Below are positions 9,449 to 19,800 of a DNA stretch of 31,954 nucleotides, one piece after another. The stretch lies in the IMG/VR virus record IMGVR_UViG_3300032221_000024, positions 1-31,954 of that record. One strand, given 5' to 3'. Made by a program: the position numbers and the translations under genes. This stretch comes from a virus. Taxonomy: Duplodnaviria > Caudoviricetes. A model generated the notes under the pieces. That model was given only the letters and a program-made list of their open reading frames with translations, made no database searches and was not told where the DNA came from. Positions within the stretch are counted from its first letter, which is position 1, and each line of letters opens with the position of its first letter.

Positions 9449-9876
9449 GAAATATTAAAGCATTTGTTCGCAAGGCTTACTGGCAAGCGCTAAACAATAC
9501 GATTACTTATAAGGGGCAACCGGTCCCTTGTTACGATACTTTTGCGCCTGATAACGCGCCTTTTCCTTATATTTTAATTGGAAACCAGACGCAAGCGGAC
9601 GACAAAGACAACCAGCAATATAATTACGTTACTACAATCGTTTTGGACGTGGTTACGGCGTCGATTGCTCCCTATGGTAGGTTAGACGCGGATAGCATAG
9701 CCGACTCAATACTGCAAGCCGTTTGCCTTTATCCAGAAAACTATTTGCTGCTAGACGTCGGCAAAATTGTAACCGCTAAACTTATCCAGCAAACTAGCCT
9801 TTCAAGTATTACCGACACTAACGTTGTACATCGGGAAATTTTAACGATTGAAAATTGGATTGATGGGCAAGGTTAA
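9445..9876 (+). CDS. Tail terminator/completion protein (DUF3168-like)
   Basis: VPCYD..P...FPYILIG pattern; position after gp10. Confidence 0.75.
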   Translation: MRNIKAFVRKAYWQALNNTITYKGQPVPCYDTFAPDNAPFPYILIGNQTQADDKDNQQYNYVTTIVLDVVTASIAPYGRLDADSIADSILQAVCLYPENYLLLDVGKIVTAKLIQQTSLSSITDTNVVHREILTIENWIDGQG

Positions 9877-10327
9877 TGGATCAACGCTTTTCGTAATTGT
9901 TGGCGAGCAAATAATTGCCAAGTCAAAGGCTTACCAACTTAGCGTTGAAATGGAAAAATTGGACTCTGTTTCCAACGCTAACGGAATGTTTACCGACCAT
10001 ATAAGCAAAATAGGGTCTTGGTCTTTATCGTCCGATGCGCTAACTATTTACGACGGCTATTCCTATGGCGACCTTTACGAGGTGTTTAAAAACAGGCAAC
10101 GCGTTTGGTTGTCAATTGGCGCCGAGACGGATTACACTTTACTAGGTTTGGCAATGGTCGAATCGTTGACGAATTCCGCAGAAATGGAAAACGTTGCGAG
10201 TTACTCGATAAATTTTCGCGGTGTTGGTGAGTTGTATCAATCAACTTTGCCAGCCGAGCGTTTTATTGTTGACGAATTATTCGAAAAAATTATTGATCAA
10301 GACTCGAATTATTTGATTTATACTTGA
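9863..10327 (+). CDS. Tail tube protein paralog
   Basis: Aligns by eye with 10551..10973 (GKVNG/GKFNG, DHI...SWSLSSD/DHI...DWSVSTD, AEMENVASYSINFRG.G/AEMEAAVTYSVEFTG.G). Confidence 0.75.
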   Translation: MGKVNGSTLFVIVGEQIIAKSKAYQLSVEMEKLDSVSNANGMFTDHISKIGSWSLSSDALTIYDGYSYGDLYEVFKNRQRVWLSIGAETDYTLLGLAMVESLTNSAEMENVASYSINFRGVGELYQSTLPAERFIVDELFEKIIDQDSNYLIYT

Positions 10328-10482
10328 TGGCAGATATTACCAAATGCAAACCGCAGCGCTGCAAATTAAAAAGCCTTTGCTTGCGCTACACAACACCGCC
10401 AACGGATTGGCAGCCATATTTTACAAAAGAGCCAAGCGAGCCGTGCGGGACTAAATGCGAAATGTTTAAGCCAAATAATTAA
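10327..10482 (+). CDS. Small Cys-rich protein (51 aa), not in ORF track
   Basis: MADITKCKPQRCKLKSLCLRYTTPPTDWQPYFTKEPSEPCGTKCEMFKPNN; TGATG coupling to upstream gene. Confidence 0.65.
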   Translation: MADITKCKPQRCKLKSLCLRYTTPPTDWQPYFTKEPSEPCGTKCEMFKPNN

Positions 10483-10489
10483 TTATAGG

Positions 10490-10520
10490 TTTGCATTTAT
10501 TTAAAGACCTTTTATTTTTA
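10490..10520 (+). promoter_or_regulatory. Candidate promoter for the major tail operon
   Basis: TTTG-N19-TATTTTTA, same architecture as 5030-5060. Confidence 0.6.
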
Positions 10521-10550
10521 AAAAAAAAATCGAATTAAACGCTCAAAAAT

Positions 10551-10973
10551 ATGGCTACAACTGGCAAATTTAACGGCACGCTCCTAAACGTTTACCTTGA
10601 TAACGTTATGATTGGCTGCGCAACATCTTCTGAATTATCCGTAAACGTTGACCTTGCAGATGCAACTTGCAAAGACGACGGAGGTTGGGCAGATCACATT
10701 GCTGGCCTACGCGATTGGTCAGTTTCAACTGACGGCTTGGTTGCATTTGACGATACCAACAACGTTGGCGACATTTACACGCTTTTGAGCGGTCGTACTG
10801 TTGTTGCTTTGAAATTTACTACCAATGTAACTGGAGACTTGGTATTTTACGGAAACGCAAGCGTTGCATCTATTAGCGTCAGCGCTGAAATGGAAGCCGC
10901 AGTAACTTACTCCGTAGAATTTACCGGAAAAGGTCCTTTACTTAAAGCAACCGTAGTACCAGCAAGTACTTAA
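10551..10973 (+). CDS. Major tail (tube) protein
   Basis: DATCKDDGGWADHIAGLRDWSVS, TYSVEFTGKGPL; upstream of chaperones and tape measure. Confidence 0.88.
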   Translation: MATTGKFNGTLLNVYLDNVMIGCATSSELSVNVDLADATCKDDGGWADHIAGLRDWSVSTDGLVAFDDTNNVGDIYTLLSGRTVVALKFTTNVTGDLVFYGNASVASISVSAEMEAAVTYSVEFTGKGPLLKATVVPAST

Positions 10974-10992
10974 TTTTTGCTAACTTGCCCGT

Positions 10993-11358
10993 ATGAACTA
11001 CACAGGCAGAACAACAGTTAAAATAAATGGTGGCGCCTATCCTCTTAAATTTGGGATGGGCGCCTTAATCCATTTTAGCGAAACGCTCGGTTATGACGTC
11101 CAAGCGACGATTGAGCAACTAACAACGCCAGGCGTTGCACAAATTAAATCAATTGCAAAGTTTGTCTTTTCGGCTCTTTATGTGGAGGCGATTTACAAAG
11201 ACAAAGAATTGGATTTAACTTACGACGATATTTTGGACTGGGTCGATATGACCAGTCCGGAGGAACTTGGCAAGGTGATGCAAACTATTATGTTTGGCTT
11301 ATCGGCAATTACTAAAGTAGACGTTCCAGAGCAAGAAGGCGGCTCAAAAAAAAAATAA
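10993..11358 (+). CDS. Tail assembly chaperone (gpG-like)
   Basis: INGGAYPLKFGMGAL; ends in an A10 slippery run; between tail tube and tape measure genes. Confidence 0.85.
   Translation: MNYTGRTTVKINGGAYPLKFGMGALIHFSETLGYDVQATIEQLTTPGVAQIKSIAKFVFSALYVEAIYKDKELDLTYDDILDWVDMTSPEELGKVMQTIMFGLSAITKVDVPEQEGGSKKK
11346..11355 (+). other. Programmed -1 frameshift slippery site
   Basis: TCA AAA AAA AAA TAA; the -1 frame stays open (ITFNEVWHYAIGELGLDP...) to 11717. Confidence 0.8.
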
Positions 11359-11717
11359 CATTTAACGAGGTTTGGCATTATGCAATCGGGGAGTTGGGAC
11401 TTGATCCTAACTCCTTTTATTTTATGTCTTTTGCAGAATACCAGTCGATTGCTTACGGCCATCAAATGCGCGAAAGCAAACAGGAAAATTTGTTTAGATC
11501 ACTTTGGGTGCAGTTAAACAACGTTAACGTTACCAAGAAAGGCGACCTAATTCGTAAGCCTGAAAAGTTCTGGAAGATTCCGCTATTGGATGCCAAGCCG
11601 GTTAAAATTCCAACCAAAGCCGAGGTCGCTAAGGCATACGAAATTGGACTACAATGGCAAACGCTTAAATTTGAGGAAGAGGCCAACTTTGATACGATAA
11701 CTAATAAAATACAATGA
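11355..11717 (+). CDS. gpT-like extension of the G-T chaperone (reached by -1 frameshift)
   Basis: LGLDPNSFYFMSFAEY matches the typical gpT pattern; lacks a good own start; ATGA overlap with the tape measure gene. Confidence 0.8.
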   Translation: MTFNEVWHYAIGELGLDPNSFYFMSFAEYQSIAYGHQMRESKQENLFRSLWVQLNNVNVTKKGDLIRKPEKFWKIPLLDAKPVKIPTKAEVAKAYEIGLQWQTLKFEEEANFDTITNKIQ

Positions 11718-13669
11718 GCGCTAAATTAAACGTTGATATAGTCGCGCAACTAAAGGAGTTTAACAAGTCGATGACTGAGTTAAAATCTGAGGTTAACGAC
11801 GTAAACAAAAGTATAAGCCAAAGCAACGACGAAACGGTTAAGTCTACTAAGAAAATGGGCAGCGCCTTTTCTGAGGTTGGCAAAACAATGGCGGCGGTTT
11901 TCACGGTTGATTTGTTAGTAAATCTTGGCAAAAAAATCCTAGATACTACAGTTGAATTCCAAAAAATGGAGGCGGTTTTAACGACCGCTCTAGGTAGCAA
12001 TTCAGCGGCAAAGGCTGCGATGGACCAAATCGTAAATTTTGCAAGTAGCACGCCTTTCCAAGTAAATGAGTTAACCGATGCGTTTGTAAAATTGTCCAAC
12101 CGTGGATTTATTCCAACGATGGACGAAATGCGCAGAATGGGTGACCTTGCAAGTTCTGTAGGCAAATCTTTTGACCAGTTAACCGAAGCAATTCTTGACG
12201 CGCAAAGCGGTGAGTTTGAGCGTTTAAAGGAGTTTGGAATTAAAGCATCGGCGCAAGGAGACGTTGTACAATTCACTTTTAAAGGAATTACAACCGAGGT
12301 ACAAAAATCCGATAAAGCAATACAAGAATATTTATTGGGCCTTGGTAATTTGGAAGGCGTTGCTGGATCAATGGAGGCTATTTCCAAGACGACAGGCGGC
12401 CAGATTTCAAACTTAGAGGATAATATAACCCAACTATTTAAAAACATTGGAGACAGTTCTAGCGGCTTTATAAATTGGTTTATTAAGGACCTAAATAACG
12501 TCATTTCGACAATGCGCAATTTTGGCGAGGTTGTCGAGTTAATGAACCCATTTAAAACGCTTTCTGAATCCTCAGAGGAGGCACGGACTTATCTTTTAAA
12601 GGTTAACGATTCAACTGACGATTTACAAAGAACAATTAAAGACGTTGCAAGTGAATTTGATAATTTAGACGTCGCTACGTTAGAGGCTGGCACGTCGCAA
12701 ACTCGTTTCTTAAACGAAATGATTCGCTTAGGCCATACAGTTGAAGATTCAAAAGCATTATTCCAGACGTACGTTAAACTAAGAAAAGAGCAAGCGTCCT
12801 CTGAGGCAATGCTTGCAACTTCTACGTCGGCAACAACTGCAGCAACTAAGCAAAACACTGCGGAAGTAGAAAAGCAAGCGGCGGCAAGACAAAGAGCGCA
12901 CGAACAAAGAATTAAGCAACTAAGAAAAGAAGCCGAAGAATTTCTTAAAAACCAAGACGCGACTCTTAAAAAGGTTGGAAGTCGAGACGCATTTGGTGGG
13001 CAGCCTACGGACGTATCTAAGCAAGTAACTCCGGAGCGTTTGGCAATGATTCAAAACGCATCGTCTAGCATTTTGGCAATGAATAAGCAAATCGCTGCAA
13101 CGATGCCAGGTATTATAATACCAGAAGACGCAATTGAAAGGCTTAACTTGGCGGCTGCGGCTCAAAGCCAAATGGCTTACGAGACTCAATTGGTAGCGCA
13201 AAATATGAATGCCGCTTTAATGGTTGGCGATATGTTTGGCCAGGCGCTTGGGCAACTTGCAGAGACTGGAAAAATTAGTTTCCAAGGCATTTTTGACGCG
13301 TTGAAACAAATGGTTTTAAGGTTTGCGGCTGCTATTGCCGCAGCGATAACGTTAAACATTTTAACCGGTGGCGCGGTAATGTCTGCGGGTAAAGCCGCTG
13401 GCGCCAAAAGTGGTTTTGGAGCGCTTTTAAAAGGCGGTTCTAGTTTGGGAATCGGAGGTTTAACACCTTTCGCCAACGGCGGTATTGTCAGCGGCCCTAC
13501 TCCAGCCTTGGTGGGTGAATATACCGGTGCGCGTACAAATCCAGAAGTAATTGCTCCTTTGTCAAAGTTGCAAAATATGATGGGCGGAAACGTTACCTTT
13601 ACAATTAGCGGCGACAACTTAGTTGGAACGCTAAACAGAGCAAACAAAACACGGGCGAGAAAATTCTAA
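11714..13669 (+). CDS. Tape measure protein
   Basis: Ala-rich helical protein; FASSTPFQVNELTDAF tape-measure domain; C-terminal FANGGIVSGPT..LVGE...PEVIAPL. Confidence 0.93.
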   Translation: MSAKLNVDIVAQLKEFNKSMTELKSEVNDVNKSISQSNDETVKSTKKMGSAFSEVGKTMAAVFTVDLLVNLGKKILDTTVEFQKMEAVLTTALGSNSAAKAAMDQIVNFASSTPFQVNELTDAFVKLSNRGFIPTMDEMRRMGDLASSVGKSFDQLTEAILDAQSGEFERLKEFGIKASAQGDVVQFTFKGITTEVQKSDKAIQEYLLGLGNLEGVAGSMEAISKTTGGQISNLEDNITQLFKNIGDSSSGFINWFIKDLNNVISTMRNFGEVVELMNPFKTLSESSEEARTYLLKVNDSTDDLQRTIKDVASEFDNLDVATLEAGTSQTRFLNEMIRLGHTVEDSKALFQTYVKLRKEQASSEAMLATSTSATTAATKQNTAEVEKQAAARQRAHEQRIKQLRKEAEEFLKNQDATLKKVGSRDAFGGQPTDVSKQVTPERLAMIQNASSSILAMNKQIAATMPGIIIPEDAIERLNLAAAAQSQMAYETQLVAQNMNAALMVGDMFGQALGQLAETGKISFQGIFDALKQMVLRFAAAIAAAITLNILTGGAVMSAGKAAGAKSGFGALLKGGSSLGIGGLTPFANGGIVSGPTPALVGEYTGARTNPEVIAPLSKLQNMMGGNVTFTISGDNLVGTLNRANKTRARKF

Positions 13670-13672
13670 AAA

Positions 13673-16600
13673 ATGGCATACGGTCTAAAATACACAATAC
13701 CTTTTAAAGATATTGACGACTATTCCAACGTCGTAGAAATTTACCAAGATGGCTTTGTTGGATCAGTTACGGAACTAATTGCAACAGACGTACCAGCGAC
13801 GCACACATACGAGCGCGAAGACAACGAGGACATTACGTCCAGCATTATGTCGGCAACGCTTACCGTTTCTTTTTATTCGACTGACGTTACCGATTTTAGA
13901 AATTTCTTTAGTTACTCAGACCGGGAGTTTTTGGTTATTCACAAATTCCAAGGCGACGTTGTATTTAAAGGCTACCTATTAAACGATATTACTGGCGAGC
14001 CATTCCAGGACCCGCCTTACCCGGTTGTCGTAACTGCGACCGACGGCTTGGCTCAGTTAAAAGAAATTACTTTAACAGGCCCAAGCGTAGACACAGATTT
14101 AGGCGAGTTAATCTTTTACCAACTTAATACGCTAGACCTCGAACTGGATTTTGAAATTTGTAACGACCTTTACGAGGGCCTTGTTATGGATAACACCAAG
14201 TCCATTTTTGCGCAAACAGTTGGCGAGAATTTGTTAGTGCAAGAGTTTACGTTTGACGAATTAGGCATTAACGCTTTTGATTTTTTGCTGGAGATTTGCA
14301 AAACGATGGGTTGGGTATTGTTTCAGCGCAATGGCCGTTGGATTATTCAGCGCGCAATATCTAGAAACATTGACTCGACAACTATTTACGTTCACGACTG
14401 GAACACCTACGCAGTAAAGGAAAGTTACCAAAATAACGCGGTCGATTCCGCAGAAACGTGGTATTTAAAAAGTATTACGGCTAATCCTTATAGAGGCATA
14501 GCATACGGCAACGGAAAATTTGTAGCGGTATCAAACGGCTCGTTTAGCATTATGCATTCAAATGACGGCGTAACGTGGACAAGCGCAACCGTTGGCTCTT
14601 TTGGTTTATCGGACGTGGTTTATGCAAACGGCAAATTTGTTGCGGTTGGCGGTGAGTTATCCGGAAGCACGTTAATAACTAATATTCAGGTTTCAACCGA
14701 TGGCGTAACCTGGACAAGGTACACGCCAAGTTTTCAAATACAATTAAAGGCCATAACATACGGCAACGGCTTGTTTGTTGCAGTTGCTAATAGTGGCGCA
14801 GTTAATCGTTTGGCAACGTCGACAGACGGCATAAACTGGACACAACGAACGCCAGCGGCTAATAATGATTGGCAATCTGTTGCGTATGGGAACGGTAAAT
14901 TTGTTGCTATTTCTAGCAATGGAACCAACCGCACAATGTATTCGACCGATGGCATTAACTGGACAGGAATAGCAGTAACACCAAACTCCAACAGCATTAT
15001 TTTTGCCGACGGAAAATTTACAACTGGTAAAAATTACTCAACTGACGGCATAACGTGGACAAATTCAACGCTGGAATTTTCTCCTTTTGGTATTGCTTAC
15101 GGCAATGGCTTATTTGTCGCGGTTGGTCAATCTTTAAGCAATAGAATAGCAATTAGCACGGACGGCATAACGTGGCAATTGGTAGTTGCGCCAGCATTAA
15201 CAACGTGGACTTGCGTAGAATATGGCGAGAGTAAATTTGTGGCTTTGGCCGACGATGGCGCTAATAGAATAATGGTTAGTTATTCCAATGAAGGCAACAC
15301 GCCAGAAGTAATTGGAGATCAAGACGGCGTTAATACAAAGTGGATTCCGGTAAGCGCTGACCAATTATTGCAATACCAAAGACCAATTAAAAAACTGACG
15401 TTAACGCAAGGCGATTTAGGCCAGTCAATTATAACAAATGGCGAATCGTTTAACGAGGACAGTTGGTTTTTGGAAGGTCCTTACAAGCCTTACGACTGGA
15501 CAATTACGCCAGACGAAGACACGCCTATAATTCAAATATTTCCTAACAACATACCACAAGCAACCGGATACGACGACGAGCAAGGAGTTAGTTGGGATAT
15601 TAGATTTATGCCTAACGGCGAGGAAACTGACCAGCCAATTACTTCAAAACCCGTTTTCTTAGACTTTGCTGGCTTGTCTTTGGACTTGGAAGTTGATATT
15701 GATTACTTGACCGCTGCCAGCGCTATGGCAATAGCAGTAAAGCACGTCGATTCCAGCGGGACTGACCGCTATTTAGGTACTACTTTAGTGGGTTCGTTTA
15801 ACCTTTTGCAATGGGATGAAACCTATAATACTTTCGTATTCTATTCTACTAAAGACAATGACAAAAGAAAGTTTAAACTCACCTCTTTTGTGTTGCCAAC
15901 GGCTGGCTTTTTGTCAGTTGAGTTAAAATACTTTGGACCAACTGGTAGCGCAGTAGTTACTGGCGTTAAAATTATCCCAATATTTGAAGGCAAAAGAAAT
16001 CCTAGCAGCGTGGACAAAGTTTACGAGACCGCGCGCGCGTATACGAGCATACGTAAAGACGATTTAACGTTTAGCGATCTATGCATTACCGCTTCAAAAA
16101 ACTGGCTAAAAATTGGAGAATTGCCAGCAATTGTTTTCGTTGAGAAATCATTGGCTGCAACCCCTAACATTATCCAAGTGCCAAGCGGCGCGGTTACCCA
16201 GGTTAATAGATTAACGGATACACTTGGCGCCAATACGCTAGACTTTACCGGAGGCGTTGTAAATGGTCAATACCAGCGGCAATTTGTTGCGGCGTCTGGC
16301 TTTACTATTGATTCGACCTTTGTATTGGTTTCTAGTTTGTCCGGAGTTCCGCCAATTGGGACGGCAATTTTGCCGATTGTTACGACAATTAGCAGCACGC
16401 AAAGAAATTTAACCGTAACATTTACAAATTACGATTACACAGGCGAGGCAAACGTACAATTGCAAGTTTTCTTGAAAGATAGCAACGGCAATAATTACCA
16501 GACGTCGACTTTTCTTTTGCAAGTCAATGCTAACGGGACAATTACCTACGCGCAAACCAATATATCGTTTGAAAACCAAGCGCTTTTGGGCGGTTATTCG

Positions 16601-16849
16601 CCTACTTTGCGCGATTGTTACGCTCGTAATGTGTTGACTATTTACAACGCTTTGAGTTATCGTTTAGAGGGGTCATTTAGACGCAAAGGCGAGACAATAG
16701 GCAACGCTTATTTACCGGTTTCGCTTAATTATTCTGGTTATACTACGGTGCGAATGCAAGTAATTGGCTGGGAGTACGATTTTGCAACGCGCGTTGCGCG
16801 CATTACCTTTGGACAAGTACCTACGGCTTACGTTTACCCAATTTCCTAA
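13673..16849 (+). CDS. Large minor tail/tail-tip protein with inserted repeat (beta-propeller-like) domain
   Basis: Directly after tape measure; VTATDGLAQLK hub-like motif; seven YGNGxFVAV-type repeats. Confidence 0.75.
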   Translation: MAYGLKYTIPFKDIDDYSNVVEIYQDGFVGSVTELIATDVPATHTYEREDNEDITSSIMSATLTVSFYSTDVTDFRNFFSYSDREFLVIHKFQGDVVFKGYLLNDITGEPFQDPPYPVVVTATDGLAQLKEITLTGPSVDTDLGELIFYQLNTLDLELDFEICNDLYEGLVMDNTKSIFAQTVGENLLVQEFTFDELGINAFDFLLEICKTMGWVLFQRNGRWIIQRAISRNIDSTTIYVHDWNTYAVKESYQNNAVDSAETWYLKSITANPYRGIAYGNGKFVAVSNGSFSIMHSNDGVTWTSATVGSFGLSDVVYANGKFVAVGGELSGSTLITNIQVSTDGVTWTRYTPSFQIQLKAITYGNGLFVAVANSGAVNRLATSTDGINWTQRTPAANNDWQSVAYGNGKFVAISSNGTNRTMYSTDGINWTGIAVTPNSNSIIFADGKFTTGKNYSTDGITWTNSTLEFSPFGIAYGNGLFVAVGQSLSNRIAISTDGITWQLVVAPALTTWTCVEYGESKFVALADDGANRIMVSYSNEGNTPEVIGDQDGVNTKWIPVSADQLLQYQRPIKKLTLTQGDLGQSIITNGESFNEDSWFLEGPYKPYDWTITPDEDTPIIQIFPNNIPQATGYDDEQGVSWDIRFMPNGEETDQPITSKPVFLDFAGLSLDLEVDIDYLTAASAMAIAVKHVDSSGTDRYLGTTLVGSFNLLQWDETYNTFVFYSTKDNDKRKFKLTSFVLPTAGFLSVELKYFGPTGSAVVTGVKIIPIFEGKRNPSSVDKVYETARAYTSIRKDDLTFSDLCITASKNWLKIGELPAIVFVEKSLAATPNIIQVPSGAVTQVNRLTDTLGANTLDFTGGVVNGQYQRQFVAASGFTIDSTFVLVSSLSGVPPIGTAILPIVTTISSTQRNLTVTFTNYDYTGEANVQLQVFLKDSNGNNYQTSTFLLQVNANGTITYAQTNISFENQALLGGYSPTLRDCYARNVLTIYNALSYRLEGSFRRKGETIGNAYLPVSLNYSGYTTVRMQVIGWEYDFATRVARITFGQVPTAYVYPIS

Positions 16850-16851
16850 AG

Positions 16852-19800
16852 ATGGCAAATAGACGATTTATAGATTTTCCGATTGCAACAACTGTTGGCG
16901 ATTCCGATATTATACTAATCTGGCAAAGCGGCGTAAATAAACAGACGACAAAGGCCACATTTTTAAGCGGTTTACCTGAGAATTTAGACGAATTAAACGA
17001 CGTTGCGATTAGCGGTTTGACCAATGGGCAAATTTTGCGTTATGACTCGGTTACTGGTAAATGGGAAAACACCGACCAGGGCAATTTGGACTTGAACGAT
17101 TTAAACGACGTTTCGATTGTTTCGCCAAGTAACGGCCAGGTTTTGGTTTATAATTCCTCAACAAGTAAATGGGAAAACTCCAGCGGCGGTTTTGTGCCTT
17201 ATACTGGAGCCGTAACAACTGTTAACCTTGGAGCGCAAACAATACAGGCTGGCCAATTTGTAAAGGCTGGAGGTACGTCTTCGCAATTCTTAAAGGCGGA
17301 CGGCTCGATTGATTCTACGGCCTACGGGACTGGATCAGTAACCTCTGTAGGTTTAACTATGCCATCGGCTTTTAACGTTGCAAATAGTCCAGTAACAACG
17401 GCTGGAACGCTTGCCGTAACTGGCGCTGGAACGGTTGCGCAATACATTCGAGGCGACGGCTCTTTGGCCGATTTCCCAGAGTCTAGCGGTGGGGGTTCGT
17501 CAGTTAGTTACTATTTAAATGGCTCTGTTAATCAAGGAACAATTGGCGGCGTTGCTTATCGAGAATTAAGCAAGGTTCCCATTTTGGGAGCTGGAACGGA
17601 TTTCACAATTAACTCAGACGGCTACATTGCATCGTTTTTAACAGATGCTGGCGACCCAAATTTATTGGAGATTCCTGGCGGTAACTGGAACTTTGAAACC
17701 TACTTTAGCGCGTCAAGTGGTGGCGGTTCGCCTACGTTTTACGTTGAACTTTACAAGGTAAATTCAGGCGGAACGGCTACTTTAATAGCGTCTAGCAGTT
17801 CGGCGCCTGAGTTAATTGCATTTGGAACAAATATAACCGCTTATTTCTCTAGCCTTGCAGTACCTACAACGACTTTGGCTTTAACGGATAGGTTGGCGGT
17901 TCGCTATTACGTTACGCATTCAGGTCGTACAATTACGATGCATACTGAAAATAACCATTTATGCCAGATTATAACCACGTTTACAACTGGTTTAACGGCT
18001 TTAAATGGGTTAACGGCTCAAGTGCAAAACTTTGCGACTGGGACAACTGGAACGGACTTTAACATTGCAAGCGCAACGGCAACGCATACGTTTAACTTGC
18101 CTACTGCAAGCGCTACAAATAGAGGCGCATTAAGTTCAGCGGATTGGACTACCTTTAACAATAAGCAGAACGCTTTAACTAACCCAGTAACTGGAACTGG
18201 AGCGGCTGGAAGAGTTGCCTATTGGAACGGCTCCGGAACTATTACCTCGGATTCTCTTTTTCAATGGAATGACTTTTCTAAAAGGCTTGGAATAGGTCGA
18301 ACTCCAACGGTTTCCTTAGACGTTGAAGGTGCTGGCTTTTTTTCTGGTACTGTTACGGCTTCGTCAATTATAAAAAGCGGTGGAACGTCTAGCCAATACC
18401 TAATGGCAGACGGCTCAGTTTCTACTTTAACCAACCCAGTCACGGGAACAGGCACGACTAACTACTTGCCTAAGTTTACGGGAGCAAGCACGATTGGGAA
18501 CTCCCAAGTTTTTGACAATGGGACTGGAGTTGGTATTGGGATAAATAGTCCTAGCAACAAATTAGACGTTTTAGGCTCTGCTGCTAGTCCAAACTTAGTA
18601 GGGACAAATGCATACGCTAGATTTTATCAAAGTGGAGGATATGCAAACGTAACTATTGGCGCGTTAGCGTCTGGCTCATTTGCTGGCTGGATTCAAACAA
18701 GCGATGGCGTTGGAACCGCATTACCGTTAAGTTTACAACCAAGCGGAGGCAACCTCCTAGTCGGCACAACCACAGACAACGGAGCGAGGTTGCAGGTTAG
18801 TGGGACGAGTACGTTCAGCGATATAGCAACATTTAACAACGGAACAAATAGTACAAATGGAATTAAAGTAGTTTCGACTCTATCAAGTTCATTATTTACA
18901 GGAGGTATTGAATTTATAAGAACAACCGTTGCTGGTGGTTCTAAGGTTCAGCCATTAAGAGATGCCGCTATTGGTGGAGTAGGTCTAAACTTTTTAGTTA
19001 CAGCGAACAACACGGCAGAGGTTAACGCTACTTATACCTCCGCAATGACTATTTTAAACAACGGAAACGTTGGGATTGGTACGGCGAGTCCGATAGAAAG
19101 GCTACACGTTGAAACCTCAAACGAATACCAAATAACTTGGGCAAGAACTGGCGCTGGTAAACGTTGGGCAATTGGAACGGACACGGCTGGTTTTTATTTT
19201 AACAACCGTACGGACTCAGTTTTGCCATTATATATAACTAACGGCGGCAACGTTGGGATTGGTACGGCTAGTCCGGGTCAACTTTTGCATTTGTATACTA
19301 ATCTTGCAACTTCCAGTGGTGTAGGTACTGCTTTGCAAATTACAAGCGATGGTGCTGGTGGAGATAATGCTTGGATTGGCGTAAATAAAGGAACGGGTAA
19401 TGGACTGGAATTTTCTGTTGAAAATAGAGATATTATTTTTAACACAAGTGCAACTACTCCTTTTGGAGGCTCCGAACGAATGCGAATCACATCAGGCGGC
19501 AACCTCCTAGTCGGCACAACCACAGACAACGGAGCAAGGTTGCAGGTTAGTGGCACGTTGACAGCAAGCAGTACAACATTAACGGCTTCTGCAAATACTT
19601 ATGCTGGTGGGTCTTTAAAATTAACTTCTTTTACTGGAGGTACAAACATTTTTTTAACTAGTGTTAGCGGACTTTTTGCTTTATCAAATGGAGGAGGTGC
19701 TGACCATTTATTAATAGCCTCCACAGGTGCCGCGACATTTAGCAGTAACCAAAACGCGACTAGTACATACACAATTCAAAATACAGATACAACTAATACA

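Noticed and set aside
11701-13647. Long antisense ORFs (272 aa, 153 aa) opposite the tape measure gene
   Set aside because: Typical antisense shadows of a biased coding strand; no motifs, promoter or coupling.
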